Part shown: piece by piece, positions 1 to 9,150 of the stretch | Layout of the letters: every line of letters starts with the position of its first letter | Numbering within the stretch: the stretch's first letter is position 1 | Sequence record: OR352956.1 | Source of the DNA: Escherichia phage AV126 | Direction: 5' to 3' (one strand) | DNA: 64,000 bases | The notes under the pieces: model-generated | Databases searched by the model: none | Told to the model about the DNA's origin: nothing | What the model saw: the letters and a program-made list of their open reading frames with translations, nothing else | Translations under genes and position numbers: made by a program

Positions 1-1
1 G

Positions 2-1750
2 GAACACCGTTTTGTATTCTATAAGAAAAAGAAATCAAAGAAACATTTCGAGATTCTTGTAGGAGATCTTATTGCATTACAGCAAATAGGAAAACCCCTT
101 CAAGGTTATGTAGAAAATCCATTCGGTAAACGTGTTCCTTTTAACATACCTGGTAAAAAGAGCACTTACTTAAAAATACACGAGGTTATTTCAACAGATG
201 ATAAGAAATATTGTTTTGAGACTCCAAGCAGCTATATTGTCTTTAGACGTGGCGATCACTGCTTCGTTACTGGGAATAGCGGCAAGTCTCGTCTGCTATT
301 GCTGAAAGCTTTAAAATACGCCTACAAAGACCCTTTGTTTGGTGGAATACTTTTCCGTAAGAACACCACTGCTCACCGTAAACCAGGTGGTCTGTTTACA
401 GAAGCAAAACGTTTGTATCTTCCTTTACAACCGCACGTAAAAGAAAGTACAATGGATATCATTTTTGAAGCCACTGGTGGTGGAACCCTCAAATTTGACC
501 ATTTGGAAAATGATAATGTAACAGCAGAAACAAACCATCAGGGTACACAGTATTCAATGGTAGGTTTTGACGAGTTAACCCACTTCACGCAATATGAAAT
601 GCTATATCTTCTGGGACGTATGCGTTCAGAATCGGAAACAAGTTTCATGTTGTGCACATGTAACCCTGACGCAGATAGCTGGGTTTTGAATTGGGTGTTA
701 CCTTATCTTGATGAGGGTGGTTATCCTAGAGAAGATATGTGTGGTAAACAAAAATATTTCATCATTGTTAACGATGAACCTGTTTTTGCTGACACACCTG
801 AAGAACTGAAAGAAAAATATCCAGAAAACTGTTTCATGGAAAACCCTAATACAGGGGAGACAGTTGTTATTGAACCACAAACTTTCGTATTTATTGGTGG
901 GACAATATTTGATAACCCAGAACTGATTAGGCTTAACCCTAATTACTTAGCACAGCTTAAATCACAAACAGCAATTAAAAGAGCACAGCTTCTGGATGGT
1001 TGTTGGTTTGCACGTATCCAGAAAGAATCTTTCTTTCAACGTGAATGGTTACATAAAATATCTTATAAAGATGTTCCTAACAATCTTAAACTAATGCGAG
1101 CCTGGGATAAAGCTGTTTCAGTTCCTACAGAAACTTACCGTTATCCAGACTATACAACATCTGTCAAAATGGGTAAAGATCAAGACGGTAATATCTACAT
1201 CTTTGGTGACTATGACTATGACGCTGTGGATGAGAAAAGTAAAATTTTCGGAAGGTTTAGAAGACTACCTGGGGAAAGGGATAATCTGATTCTTAATCAA
1301 TGTAAGATTGACGGACCAGAAGTTACAGTAGTGCTTCCTAAAGACCCGTCTGGTGCTGGGACAATAGAATATACAGAGTCTGCAAAGAAACTTATTCTAG
1401 AAGGTTTTGTTGTTAAACCAGATGCTATGCCAGGTAACAAGAAAAAGCTTCAGCGTTTTATGCCTTTTAGTAGTGCGTGTCAAAATGGTTTTGTTTATAT
1501 TGTTGAAGATTCTTTCCCTAATGTGGAAACTCTAACCCACTTTTATAAAGAATTGGAATCTTTCAATGGTGAAAGATCTACAGCCACTATTAAAGATGAC
1601 ATTCCCGATGCTGCTGCTTCTTGTTTCAATACTCTGTCAAAAGAGAATACTTTCAAGGCAGTAGCTATCCCTGCAACAACAAATGCTCCTACAGGATACA
1701 GTAGAATGAACAGCGGATTTCACCAACCGTATAGTGTCCGTAAAAGATAA
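2..1750 (+). CDS. terminase large subunit (5'-truncated by window edge)
   Basis: Frame open from position 2 to TAA at 1748-1750; P-loop-like GNSGKS and Walker-B-like VGFDELTHF, Asp-rich C-terminal half; immediately upstream of portal gene. Confidence 0.65.
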   Translation, partial: EHRFVFYKKKKSKKHFEILVGDLIALQQIGKPLQGYVENPFGKRVPFNIPGKKSTYLKIHEVISTDDKKYCFETPSSYIVFRRGDHCFVTGNSGKSRLLLLKALKYAYKDPLFGGILFRKNTTAHRKPGGLFTEAKRLYLPLQPHVKESTMDIIFEATGGGTLKFDHLENDNVTAETNHQGTQYSMVGFDELTHFTQYEMLYLLGRMRSESETSFMLCTCNPDADSWVLNWVLPYLDEGGYPREDMCGKQKYFIIVNDEPVFADTPEELKEKYPENCFMENPNTGETVVIEPQTFVFIGGTIFDNPELIRLNPNYLAQLKSQTAIKRAQLLDGCWFARIQKESFFQREWLHKISYKDVPNNLKLMRAWDKAVSVPTETYRYPDYTTSVKMGKDQDGNIYIFGDYDYDAVDEKSKIFGRFRRLPGERDNLILNQCKIDGPEVTVVLPKDPSGAGTIEYTESAKKLILEGFVVKPDAMPGNKKKLQRFMPFSSACQNGFVYIVEDSFPNVETLTHFYKELESFNGERSTATIKDDIPDAAASCFNTLSKENTFKAVAIPATTNAPTGYSRMNSGFHQPYSVRKR

Positions 1751-1753
1751 TTG

Positions 1754-1782
1754 TTGACAAAAGTCACTTTAAAGTGTATTAT
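1754..1782 (+). promoter_or_regulatory. sigma70-like promoter, TTGACA-N17-TATTAT, upstream of portal gene
   Basis: Consensus -35 at 1754-1759, 17 nt spacer, -10 at 1777-1782; second TATAAT at 1804-1809; in terminase-portal intergenic gap. Confidence 0.5.
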
Positions 1783-1851
1783 AACTAGATAGGTGAGGTT
1801 GTATATAATACAGCCTTGCCTTAACGATTTTATACCTGACTGGAGGAACAA

Positions 1852-3417
1852 GTGTCAACAGGAAAAAGAACGTACACTAAAAAGTCAGAATACTGGGACA
1901 AAGGTGCTGCAAATAAAGCTGCTCTCTCTCCAACAAAAGAAGCAGAGAAAGAGAAAACGTTACTCCTGTCACCTGAAATAGGAACGATCGGATTAAACTC
2001 AATCAAAGCATTTACGAATTTCATGCAACCTTATGAGACTCGTTTCCCAGAATGTATTCGCACTTTTAAAGAGATGGGTGAAGACCCTGATGTAGCTACT
2101 GCTCTTGACGCTACATATATCTTTGTAGATAGAGCATTCTTTGATTTCAAGATAAAATACAATGTAAACTCGGCAAAGTCAAGAAAAGCTGCTAAGTTTA
2201 TTGATTACATGTTACGCAATATGCAAGCCCCTCTACGTCAATATGTTAGATCACTTTTGACATATAAGCAATATGGTTTTGCATTCGCAGAGAAAGTTTA
2301 TGAGTTGGATGAAGATCCTAAAAGTCCTTACTTTGGGTATTGGCGATTGACCAAACTGGCTTTTAGACCACAAGACACTCTTCACATGGCTCAACCTTTT
2401 ACATATTCGGCAGACGGACGTTCTATTCTATCTGTTAACCAGAATATCACCAATACGATGTTAGCTCCAGGTAATACAACTTTAGAAACTGGTATTAAAG
2501 AAATTCCTTTCAGTAAAGTTTTATTTGTTGGTAGCAACATTACAGAGAATAACCCACTAGGAGTTAGTCCGCTTTTAGCTGTATATCGTAGCTGGCGTGA
2601 AAAATCTCTTATTCAGGAATTTGAGGTTATTGGGGTATCTAAAGATTTAGGTGGTATGCCAGTTCTTAAGGTTCCAAGTGACATTCTAAACAGGGCATCT
2701 TTAGATCCTGCTGGGGATGAAGCACAATCTCTTCGAGTTCTCCAAGCCAACATCGCTAACCTGCACTCTGGTGAGCAAGCCTACATGGTATTGCCTTCAG
2801 ACGTTTATGAAGGCACAGTGATGCGTCAATACGATCTCGTATTCCAAGGTGTTGATGGCACGGGTAAACAGTTTGACACTCAAGCACTAATCAAACAACG
2901 CAAGCTAGATATTTATAACCGCTTTGGTGCGGGTGTGTTGATTATGGGTGATGGTGATGCAGGAAGTTTTGCGCTTTCTGACAACAAACAAACACTATTG
3001 TCTCATTTTATTGAGCGAGATGTAGATATTGTTGTAGAAGCTATAAACTCTCAACTGATCCCTCAAACACTACGACTAAACAATATCTTCCTTTCTGATG
3101 AAGATATGCCTAAGTTTGTCAGTGGTGAAATGGGTGATCCTGATATTGAAGTAAATGCTAAAGCTATTCAGCAGTTGGTAGCCTCTGGTGCAATACCTTT
3201 AACCCCAGAAGTTATTAACGAGTTCCTTGAAAAAATTGGTTTTGAATATCGTATCCCTGACGATATTGTTGCCAATAAAGAGAAATTCTTTGAATTCATG
3301 GATAACTATATGCCTGACAAAACTTCACGATCAGGAGATGGTTTAGCTACAGCGGGAACTGGAACGTCTGATACTGTTTCTGCTTTAGATCCTTCAGCAC
3401 AAAACCTGTCGAATTAA
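1852..3417 (+). CDS. portal protein
   Basis: GTG start with GGAGG SD 5 nt upstream; 521 aa; position after terminase and before protease/scaffold/capsid. Synteny and size only. Confidence 0.6.
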   Translation: MSTGKRTYTKKSEYWDKGAANKAALSPTKEAEKEKTLLLSPEIGTIGLNSIKAFTNFMQPYETRFPECIRTFKEMGEDPDVATALDATYIFVDRAFFDFKIKYNVNSAKSRKAAKFIDYMLRNMQAPLRQYVRSLLTYKQYGFAFAEKVYELDEDPKSPYFGYWRLTKLAFRPQDTLHMAQPFTYSADGRSILSVNQNITNTMLAPGNTTLETGIKEIPFSKVLFVGSNITENNPLGVSPLLAVYRSWREKSLIQEFEVIGVSKDLGGMPVLKVPSDILNRASLDPAGDEAQSLRVLQANIANLHSGEQAYMVLPSDVYEGTVMRQYDLVFQGVDGTGKQFDTQALIKQRKLDIYNRFGAGVLIMGDGDAGSFALSDNKQTLLSHFIERDVDIVVEAINSQLIPQTLRLNNIFLSDEDMPKFVSGEMGDPDIEVNAKAIQQLVASGAIPLTPEVINEFLEKIGFEYRIPDDIVANKEKFFEFMDNYMPDKTSRSGDGLATAGTGTSDTVSALDPSAQNLSN

Positions 3418-3444
3418 AAATATTTAATATTTTTTAATTTTCTA

Positions 3445-3473
3445 TTGACAAAACAACAAATATCCTGTAGACT
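3445..3473 (+). promoter_or_regulatory. sigma70-like promoter, TTGACA-N17-TAGACT, with upstream A/T tract
   Basis: -35 at 3445-3450, -10 at 3468-3473; AT-rich UP-like tract 3415-3443; between portal and protease genes. Confidence 0.4.
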
Positions 3474-3509
3474 AAGATTTATGGGATATCTGTTTTTAAG
3501 AGGTTTCAA

Positions 3510-3989
3510 ATGGAACTCAATAAAGATACACTGTGGGAACTCTTCAAAACCTTCGCTGGTTTTAAAGAGAATTCTGAATCCCAACAAGATTCTATACCAT
3601 CTCAAAAACCTGAAACTCTAGTCAAACAAAATAAATTTGATGAAGAAAAGATGCAGGTTATTGAGGTCTTGTATTGTCCACCTGAAGAAGACGATCTCCA
3701 CGGAGAGCGCATGTCTGATTTGGAAATCAGGAAGATGGTTGACAACTTCAATGAGAATATTACCAACATTAGTGGTAATCTTGGTCACATGAAGAACACC
3801 GATAAGTTTTCTCCAATTAAAGCTTGGGTAAATGAAGTCGATTGTTACATTGGTGACGAACTCGTTGTGGAAGGAACTCCCCTCGTTAAAATCCAATTCA
3901 ACGACCCTGAATTATATCAAGCTCGTAAAGACGGCGTTCTTAAAGGTTTGAGTATAGGCGCAATGGGCGTTAAAGTCAAGAAGGACTAA
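3510..3989 (+). CDS. putative prohead protease
   Basis: 159 aa between portal and scaffold; His in DLHGERM and Ser in GLSIGAMG resemble the HK97-type prohead protease His/Ser pair; synteny plus weak motif. Confidence 0.4.
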   Translation: MELNKDTLWELFKTFAGFKENSESQQDSIPSQKPETLVKQNKFDEEKMQVIEVLYCPPEEDDLHGERMSDLEIRKMVDNFNENITNISGNLGHMKNTDKFSPIKAWVNEVDCYIGDELVVEGTPLVKIQFNDPELYQARKDGVLKGLSIGAMGVKVKKD

Positions 3990-3991
3990 TC

Positions 3992-5107
3992 GTGGCAAAT
4001 ACATATTTAACTAACGTAGACTTTTCAGGAAAAGCTACGGAAGAGTCACTAGGTGCTCATATTGCTTACACTTTTGATTTTCAAGGTGGAGCGGCATCTG
4101 GTTATAATACCCCCCTTTTATTTAAGTCAGACGGATCTCCAGACATAACTTTTGAAAAGTTAGAAGCTCTCACTAAAATGGGAGAAGATGTTACAGAGTT
4201 ACGTAAAAGCTATATTCAACAAGTGATGGATCGCATCTCTGAAAAAGTGCGTGAAAAATTTGAAGCTGGTTGGGATTGGGTTTACGTTATTGATGCTGAC
4301 TTCGATGCGAACGTTGCAATTTTCTGTTCAGATAACGGTATGTTCTCTGTTGGCTTTAAAGTTGACGGACTGAATGTTGAAGTTGAAGAGGTTGCTAAAC
4401 CTGTTGTTCGTGTTACTGATTATCAAGTTGTTGATGGTGATGTAATGATCTCCATTGATTTCTTTGAGGACGTTTTAGACGATGCTTTGAGTAATCTCGT
4501 TAAGAGTTCCTTGAAACAAAGTCAAGTTAAAGATTATTTAGTGAAAGCTCACGCTAAAGCTAATACAAACTCTGTGGATGCAGAGGCTAACCCCGCAGGT
4601 GATAAATCTGCAAACACAACTGGAATCAATAAAGGAGAAACCCCTTTGGAAAATATCAACAAAGAAGAATTCCTGAAATCTGCTGAATTCCAAGAACTGA
4701 TGAAAGCACAGATCGCTGAAGCTGTAGAAAAAGCAGCCGCAGATGCACGTGCAGCCGCAGAACTTGAAGCACAGGAAAAAATTGCTAAGGCAGAACAGGA
4801 AGCAGAAGAACTTCGTAAAGCTGAACAAGCTCGTATCGAAGAAGAATATACAACTGTTGTTAAATCCTATTCTTTCGTAGAAGAAGACAAAGTTGAAGCT
4901 CTCGTTAAATATCTGGTAGACAATAAAGATATCGCTGAAACTATCGTCAAAGCATTCGAAAAAGCACGTGCAGAAGTGGACGCAGTTAAGAAAGAATTTG
5001 GAACAGAACGTGGTGTTGATGTGATCAATACTCAACCTGTAGCTAAATCTTCTTCTGAACTGATTAGTCAGAAAGCTGCTGAACTTAAAAAAGCCCAGAA
5101 ACAATAA
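3992..5107 (+). CDS. capsid scaffold protein
   Basis: GTG start; 371 aa, acidic, long Ala/Glu/Lys coiled-coil stretch (AEAVEKAAADARAAAELEAQEKIAKAEQEAEELRKAEQARIEEE); between protease and capsid genes. Confidence 0.55.
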   Translation: MANTYLTNVDFSGKATEESLGAHIAYTFDFQGGAASGYNTPLLFKSDGSPDITFEKLEALTKMGEDVTELRKSYIQQVMDRISEKVREKFEAGWDWVYVIDADFDANVAIFCSDNGMFSVGFKVDGLNVEVEEVAKPVVRVTDYQVVDGDVMISIDFFEDVLDDALSNLVKSSLKQSQVKDYLVKAHAKANTNSVDAEANPAGDKSANTTGINKGETPLENINKEEFLKSAEFQELMKAQIAEAVEKAAADARAAAELEAQEKIAKAEQEAEELRKAEQARIEEEYTTVVKSYSFVEEDKVEALVKYLVDNKDIAETIVKAFEKARAEVDAVKKEFGTERGVDVINTQPVAKSSSELISQKAAELKKAQKQ

Positions 5108-5126
5108 TCTTAGGAGATTAAATTAA

Positions 5127-5525
5127 ATGGCTAAAGGAATTACTTTATCTAACTCTCGCCAGGAATTCGGACACCTGGTTCTGGGTGGAGTGTTTAGCTC
5201 TGACCTTGGACACTGTGTACGTGAAGTTAACCTGGTTAAAACAGCAACCATGAAAATTGGTTCTATCCTGAAAGCTGACAACACTGAAGCTGCTAAAGCT
5301 GAAGCTGCCGATGCTGCTAAAGTTCTGATTTGGACTGATGCTCTGTTCGGTATTGACGATGTAGCAGTAGGTGACACTTTCACCGCAGTTGTTGGCGTAC
5401 GTGATCTTACTCTGAACCGCTTTGCAGTATACTACAAAGATGGCTCCCTGGTAGATGACGCTGGCGTAGCAGCACTGGAAACACATGATCTGAAACTGAC
5501 CGAAAAAGTCGTTTTCACTTCTTAA
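5127..5525 (+). CDS. putative head decoration protein
   Basis: 132 aa, AGGAG SD, codon-optimised, directly upstream of major capsid gene (lambda D-E-like arrangement). Confidence 0.4.
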   Translation: MAKGITLSNSRQEFGHLVLGGVFSSDLGHCVREVNLVKTATMKIGSILKADNTEAAKAEAADAAKVLIWTDALFGIDDVAVGDTFTAVVGVRDLTLNRFAVYYKDGSLVDDAGVAALETHDLKLTEKVVFTS

Positions 5526-5546
5526 TTTTAATAGGAGATTAATATA

Positions 5547-6548
5547 ATGCCAGCAGTAATTTTAGATCAGGTTGTAGATTTCAGCCCTATGATCGAACTT
5601 CAGGATTCCCCTGATACACTGATTGCCAGCCTGAATCTGTTCAGTGTTGACTATCATTCAACTACCGCTATTGAAATCGGTAAAGAAAAAGCTGAAGATG
5701 CTCTGATCTCCGCTCGTGAGCGTGGTGGTGAGCGTAACTTCCTGACCATGAAAAATCCAGAACTGAAAGCGTTCCGCATTCCGTTCTTCCCTCTGGATAA
5801 AAACATCAAAGCTCAAGATATTCAATCTTTCCGTAGCTTTGCAATGGCAGGAATCAATGACTCTCTGCGCACAGACGCTGAAGTTGTTAACCGCTATATG
5901 TCCCAGATTCTGCGTGACGTAGCAAAAACCAAAGAGAAAATCTTTGCAGAAGCAGTTATGGGTCGTGCCTATAACGGCGTAGGTGGTGCAGCTAACTCTG
6001 CATACAACTGGTATACTGAATGGGGTGCTACCCAGAAATCTGTTGCTGTAGACTTTGCTTCTACCACTGTTTCTCCAGCAGCCACTATCGAACAAGAAGC
6101 TCGTGCTTACATCATCGATACTAAACAAGATGGCTCTACCGCTACCCGTATCGTAGCTCTGTGTTCTCGTGAATTTTTCGCATCTCTGGTTAACTCCCCA
6201 TTTGTTCGCCAAGCTTATCAGTATTTCCAGGGAACTCCTAACCTTCTGCGTGACCGCCTTAGCGGTAACATGGATGTTCAGGTGTTCGAATGGAACGGTG
6301 TAACTTACATTGAAGATATCCACGGTAACATCCCTGCTGGTGAAGCATATGTTCTGCCTATGGGTATCGAAGGTATGTTCCAGGCGCACTACGCTCCTGC
6401 GGATACTCCAGAACTGGCTAACACCCAGGCTCGTGAACTGTATACCTTCATGATCAGCCAGCACCGCACTATTCAGCTTCAGTCTGAATTCTCGCTGCTC
6501 GCAGTTAACACCCGTCCAGAACTGGTAGTTAAACTGACTACGGCTTAA
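5547..6548 (+). CDS. major capsid protein
   Basis: 333 aa; AGGAG SD; strongest codon optimisation in window; followed by strong intrinsic terminator; lambda-E-like size and position. Confidence 0.7.
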   Translation: MPAVILDQVVDFSPMIELQDSPDTLIASLNLFSVDYHSTTAIEIGKEKAEDALISARERGGERNFLTMKNPELKAFRIPFFPLDKNIKAQDIQSFRSFAMAGINDSLRTDAEVVNRYMSQILRDVAKTKEKIFAEAVMGRAYNGVGGAANSAYNWYTEWGATQKSVAVDFASTTVSPAATIEQEARAYIIDTKQDGSTATRIVALCSREFFASLVNSPFVRQAYQYFQGTPNLLRDRLSGNMDVQVFEWNGVTYIEDIHGNIPAGEAYVLPMGIEGMFQAHYAPADTPELANTQARELYTFMISQHRTIQLQSEFSLLAVNTRPELVVKLTTA

Positions 6549-6568
6549 TAGAACTCTGTTAAGATTAG

Positions 6569-6602
6569 AGGCTCGTCCGTGATGGGCGAGCCTTTTCTGT
6601 TT
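6569..6602 (+). terminator. intrinsic terminator after capsid gene
   Basis: AGGCTCGTCC-gtgat-GGGCGAGCCT hairpin followed by TTTTCTGTTT. Confidence 0.7.
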
Positions 6603-6632
6603 ACAATAAGAGTTTACAACGAGGAGATTGAT

Positions 6633-6977
6633 ATGTCAAACCCAGAATTGAAACGTTACTTTAGTTATCACGAAATGATTCGTGATTTCGAATCGCTTTC
6701 ACCACTGATCGATGCTGATAAAACATTAGTATCTGCGCCACCAATGTCTTTCTATCTGAAAGATGGTCGTATTGCATTAGGTGGAAACTTCATTCACTTC
6801 CTCACGCGTTTGAGAGAAGAAACAGGTATTCTTGTGCATCCTTTTGCAAGTGAAGAACACATGGGTTACTATCTTGTAAGTTACGAAGACTATGCACCTG
6901 TAAAAATCAAAGAAGAAGTTTTAAAAGTAGAAGCGGTAGACACTCCAGCTAAAAAACGTTCCCTTCGTAAAAAATAA
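6633..6977 (+). CDS. hypothetical head-tail connector region protein
   Basis: ATG at 6633 with GAGGAG SD; ORF-track start 6579 lies inside the terminator hairpin and is rejected; 114 aa. Confidence 0.5.
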   Translation: MSNPELKRYFSYHEMIRDFESLSPLIDADKTLVSAPPMSFYLKDGRIALGGNFIHFLTRLREETGILVHPFASEEHMGYYLVSYEDYAPVKIKEEVLKVEAVDTPAKKRSLRKK

Positions 6978-6986
6978 GGTGGGCTT

Positions 6987-7535
6987 ATGCTGAATGCGGT
7001 AGAGTTGGCACCACTGATCCGAATTCTTGTTTATAACCCTTCTCAAGAAGTATTGCCAGATGCAATGCTGATTCAGATCATCCAGACTTGGATTGATATT
7101 ATAGGGAATGAAGATAAGGATAAGTGTGCAGTATTGTGGAACAGCTTGATTTCTGTTTTAGAGTATTTATGGAACAACGATGTTCTTAATAACAATACTC
7201 AAACAGGAGGAGCTATGTCCCGCAGAGAAAAGATGGGTGAAGTCGAAGTTGAAGTTAAATTTAACAACGGTCAAGTAACTTATAAGTCTCCGTGGGAAGA
7301 TATTTATCATAACTATTTAAATGGTCTTATGGTTATTCCTGGGTGCACGGCAGGACGAGGAGCAACCAGTAAAGTTCTTATTGGTGGTGTTGATGCTCGT
7401 GAGATTGATCGAGTAAACAGCGATCCTAACTCTGTAAATGGTCTTGGTAATGTTGCAAGTGTTGATCGTAATACACGCAACGTTAATTATTTGCGGAATT
7501 ATGGACCTGTTTCTTTTTATCGTAGGGACAAATAA
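6987..7535 (+). CDS. hypothetical head completion/connector protein
   Basis: 182 aa; AAGGTGGG SD; tandem with neighbours in head-tail joining region. Confidence 0.5.
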   Translation: MLNAVELAPLIRILVYNPSQEVLPDAMLIQIIQTWIDIIGNEDKDKCAVLWNSLISVLEYLWNNDVLNNNTQTGGAMSRREKMGEVEVEVKFNNGQVTYKSPWEDIYHNYLNGLMVIPGCTAGRGATSKVLIGGVDAREIDRVNSDPNSVNGLGNVASVDRNTRNVNYLRNYGPVSFYRRDK

Positions 7536-8023
7536 TGGAAAGTGAGATCTTACCAGGTGATGATACGGATTGGGAAACCATTATCAAAAAGATGATGGAC
7601 CTTGAACAAGTTCAAATCGAAGCTGGTTTTTTAACAAACAAAAGGCATCCTGAATCAGATCTCACTATTCCTGCAATAGCAGCTATTCAACAATATGGTA
7701 ATGAAACAAATAACATACCTGCTCGCCCTTTTATAACAGATGGTGCTGTTATCTCACAGAACAATATCGCTAAAAAGATGAAGCAGGTGTTTGCAAATTA
7801 CTTAATGAATAATGTCGGGTTAGCTGTTTTTGAGCCTATAGCGAGAGCCTCTAGAGAAGGAATAGCTCAAGCGATTGCAATGCAACGTTATCGTCCTTTA
7901 TCTCCTGTGACAATTAAGATACGACAAGATAAAGGCAACTATTCTAATCATATCTTAATAGATACGGCATACATGATAAATGCAATCGAAACAAAAATCA
8001 CAAAAAGCAAGTCTAAAAAATAA
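7535..8023 (+). CDS. hypothetical head-tail joining protein
   Basis: 162 aa; start overlaps upstream stop (TAATG coupling). Confidence 0.5.
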   Translation: MESEILPGDDTDWETIIKKMMDLEQVQIEAGFLTNKRHPESDLTIPAIAAIQQYGNETNNIPARPFITDGAVISQNNIAKKMKQVFANYLMNNVGLAVFEPIARASREGIAQAIAMQRYRPLSPVTIKIRQDKGNYSNHILIDTAYMINAIETKITKSKSKK

Positions 8024-8024
8024 C

Positions 8025-8053
8025 TTGCATAAACTTTGTTTTTGATGTATACT
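8025..8053 (+). promoter_or_regulatory. candidate sigma70-like promoter, TTGCAT-N17-TATACT
   Basis: -35 at 8025-8030, -10 at 8048-8053; -10 is close to the downstream SD, so the leader would be very short. Confidence 0.3.
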
Positions 8054-8068
8054 AAAAAGGAGATACAA

Positions 8069-8485
8069 GTGTTACTAGATCAATTTACTCTCCTTGATCT
8101 AACTGAATACCAAGGTCGTAGACGAGTCTACAAAGAGGCGGTTGGTTCAGTTATTGCTAACTTAGAAAGTAGTGTAGAATATGAACCATTTACTATTGAA
8201 GCGGCAAGCTTACAACCGATATCTGGTAAAACACTGAATGCACTACCTGAAGGTTACAGATCTAAGGCTCAATATAGTTTCTGGACTAAAACAGAAATGA
8301 AGGGGTTACAACAAGAAACAGAACAGTTATCAGATCAAATATTGATAGATGGTAAATGGTATTCTGTTTATTCCCTTAAAGATTGGACCAGAACATCTTT
8401 CTTAGGCCATCATCACTGTGTTGCAATATTAGACGATCAAAACAACTCCTGGTCTTATGGAACAGAAGGAGGAAACTTTGGCTAA
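8069..8485 (+). CDS. hypothetical structural protein
   Basis: GTG start 6 nt after AAGGAG SD (ORF-track TTG at 8036 has no SD); 138 aa. Confidence 0.5.
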   Translation: MLLDQFTLLDLTEYQGRRRVYKEAVGSVIANLESSVEYEPFTIEAASLQPISGKTLNALPEGYRSKAQYSFWTKTEMKGLQQETEQLSDQILIDGKWYSVYSLKDWTRTSFLGHHHCVAILDDQNNSWSYGTEGGNFG

Positions 8486-9116
8486 TATTTACCAACAAAT
8501 AGAAGCATACGAAAATGCCATCTACTTAAATATAGGTGGCTTCCTTCAAGAATTAGTGGGGTTGCCAGTCTATGTTATGGATAAGCCATTCATTAAACCG
8601 GATACTCCTTACCTAGCACTACGTATTATCACTTCCAGCGATTCTGGAGGTTGGTCTTACCGAAGCTCTATTCAAAATGATATGTATTCCTACGAGATGG
8701 ATAATACCTACGAGATTGAACTTGTAGCCTATCGTGGAAGACCTACCACTTTGATGAGCTATGTTCTGGCTGCTCTCCGTGGTGCAGAGGAATTAAAATA
8801 CAAACATCTCTATTCTAAAGGTCTTGGTTTTTTAGGAGCCTCTAATATAGCTCAAGCCAATACGATTGTAGACGGAGATAAGACTGAATTAAGAGCGCGT
8901 ATGGTTATGACGTTCAACACTCGTATGAGTATTGAAGATATTGCTACTACACCAATAGAAGCAATCAACATGCACATCCGTTCATTCAGAGATAGTTACA
9001 ATGATCCTATCCCTTTAGATTTAATTCTAAACAGGGTTTATGCAATTACTTTGGTTCCAGGCGAATACTCGTCAGTTAATCAAAATGGATCATTATTTAA
9101 CAACCCTACCGAATAA
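8478..9116 (+). CDS. hypothetical tail completion-type protein
   Basis: In-frame TTG at 8478 sits 6 nt after AAGGAGG SD (ATG at 8457 has no SD); overlaps upstream gene end; 212 aa; precedes sheath gene. Confidence 0.45.
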   Translation: MANIYQQIEAYENAIYLNIGGFLQELVGLPVYVMDKPFIKPDTPYLALRIITSSDSGGWSYRSSIQNDMYSYEMDNTYEIELVAYRGRPTTLMSYVLAALRGAEELKYKHLYSKGLGFLGASNIAQANTIVDGDKTELRARMVMTFNTRMSIEDIATTPIEAINMHIRSFRDSYNDPIPLDLILNRVYAITLVPGEYSSVNQNGSLFNNPTE

Positions 9117-9150
9117 ACTCATTGGAATTAAGTTTCTAACAGGAGCATAA

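Noticed and set aside
4538-5104. 188 aa ORF on the - strand antisense to the scaffold gene
   Set aside because: Low-complexity Phe/Cys/Ser-rich translation, no SD, fully inside a well-supported + strand gene; shadow ORF of the GAA/GCT-rich sense strand.
5658-6464. 268 aa ORF antisense to the major capsid gene
   Set aside because: Lies entirely within the codon-optimised capsid gene on the opposite strand; no start context; shadow ORF.
5127-6548. Higher-GC decoration/capsid genes as a horizontally acquired island
   Set aside because: Codon usage matches host-preferred codons, as expected for the most abundant virion proteins; synteny with neighbours is intact.
6579-6632. Upstream start (6579) for the gene after the capsid terminator
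   Set aside because: That start codon is inside the terminator stem-loop; the ATG at 6633 has a GAGGAG SD.
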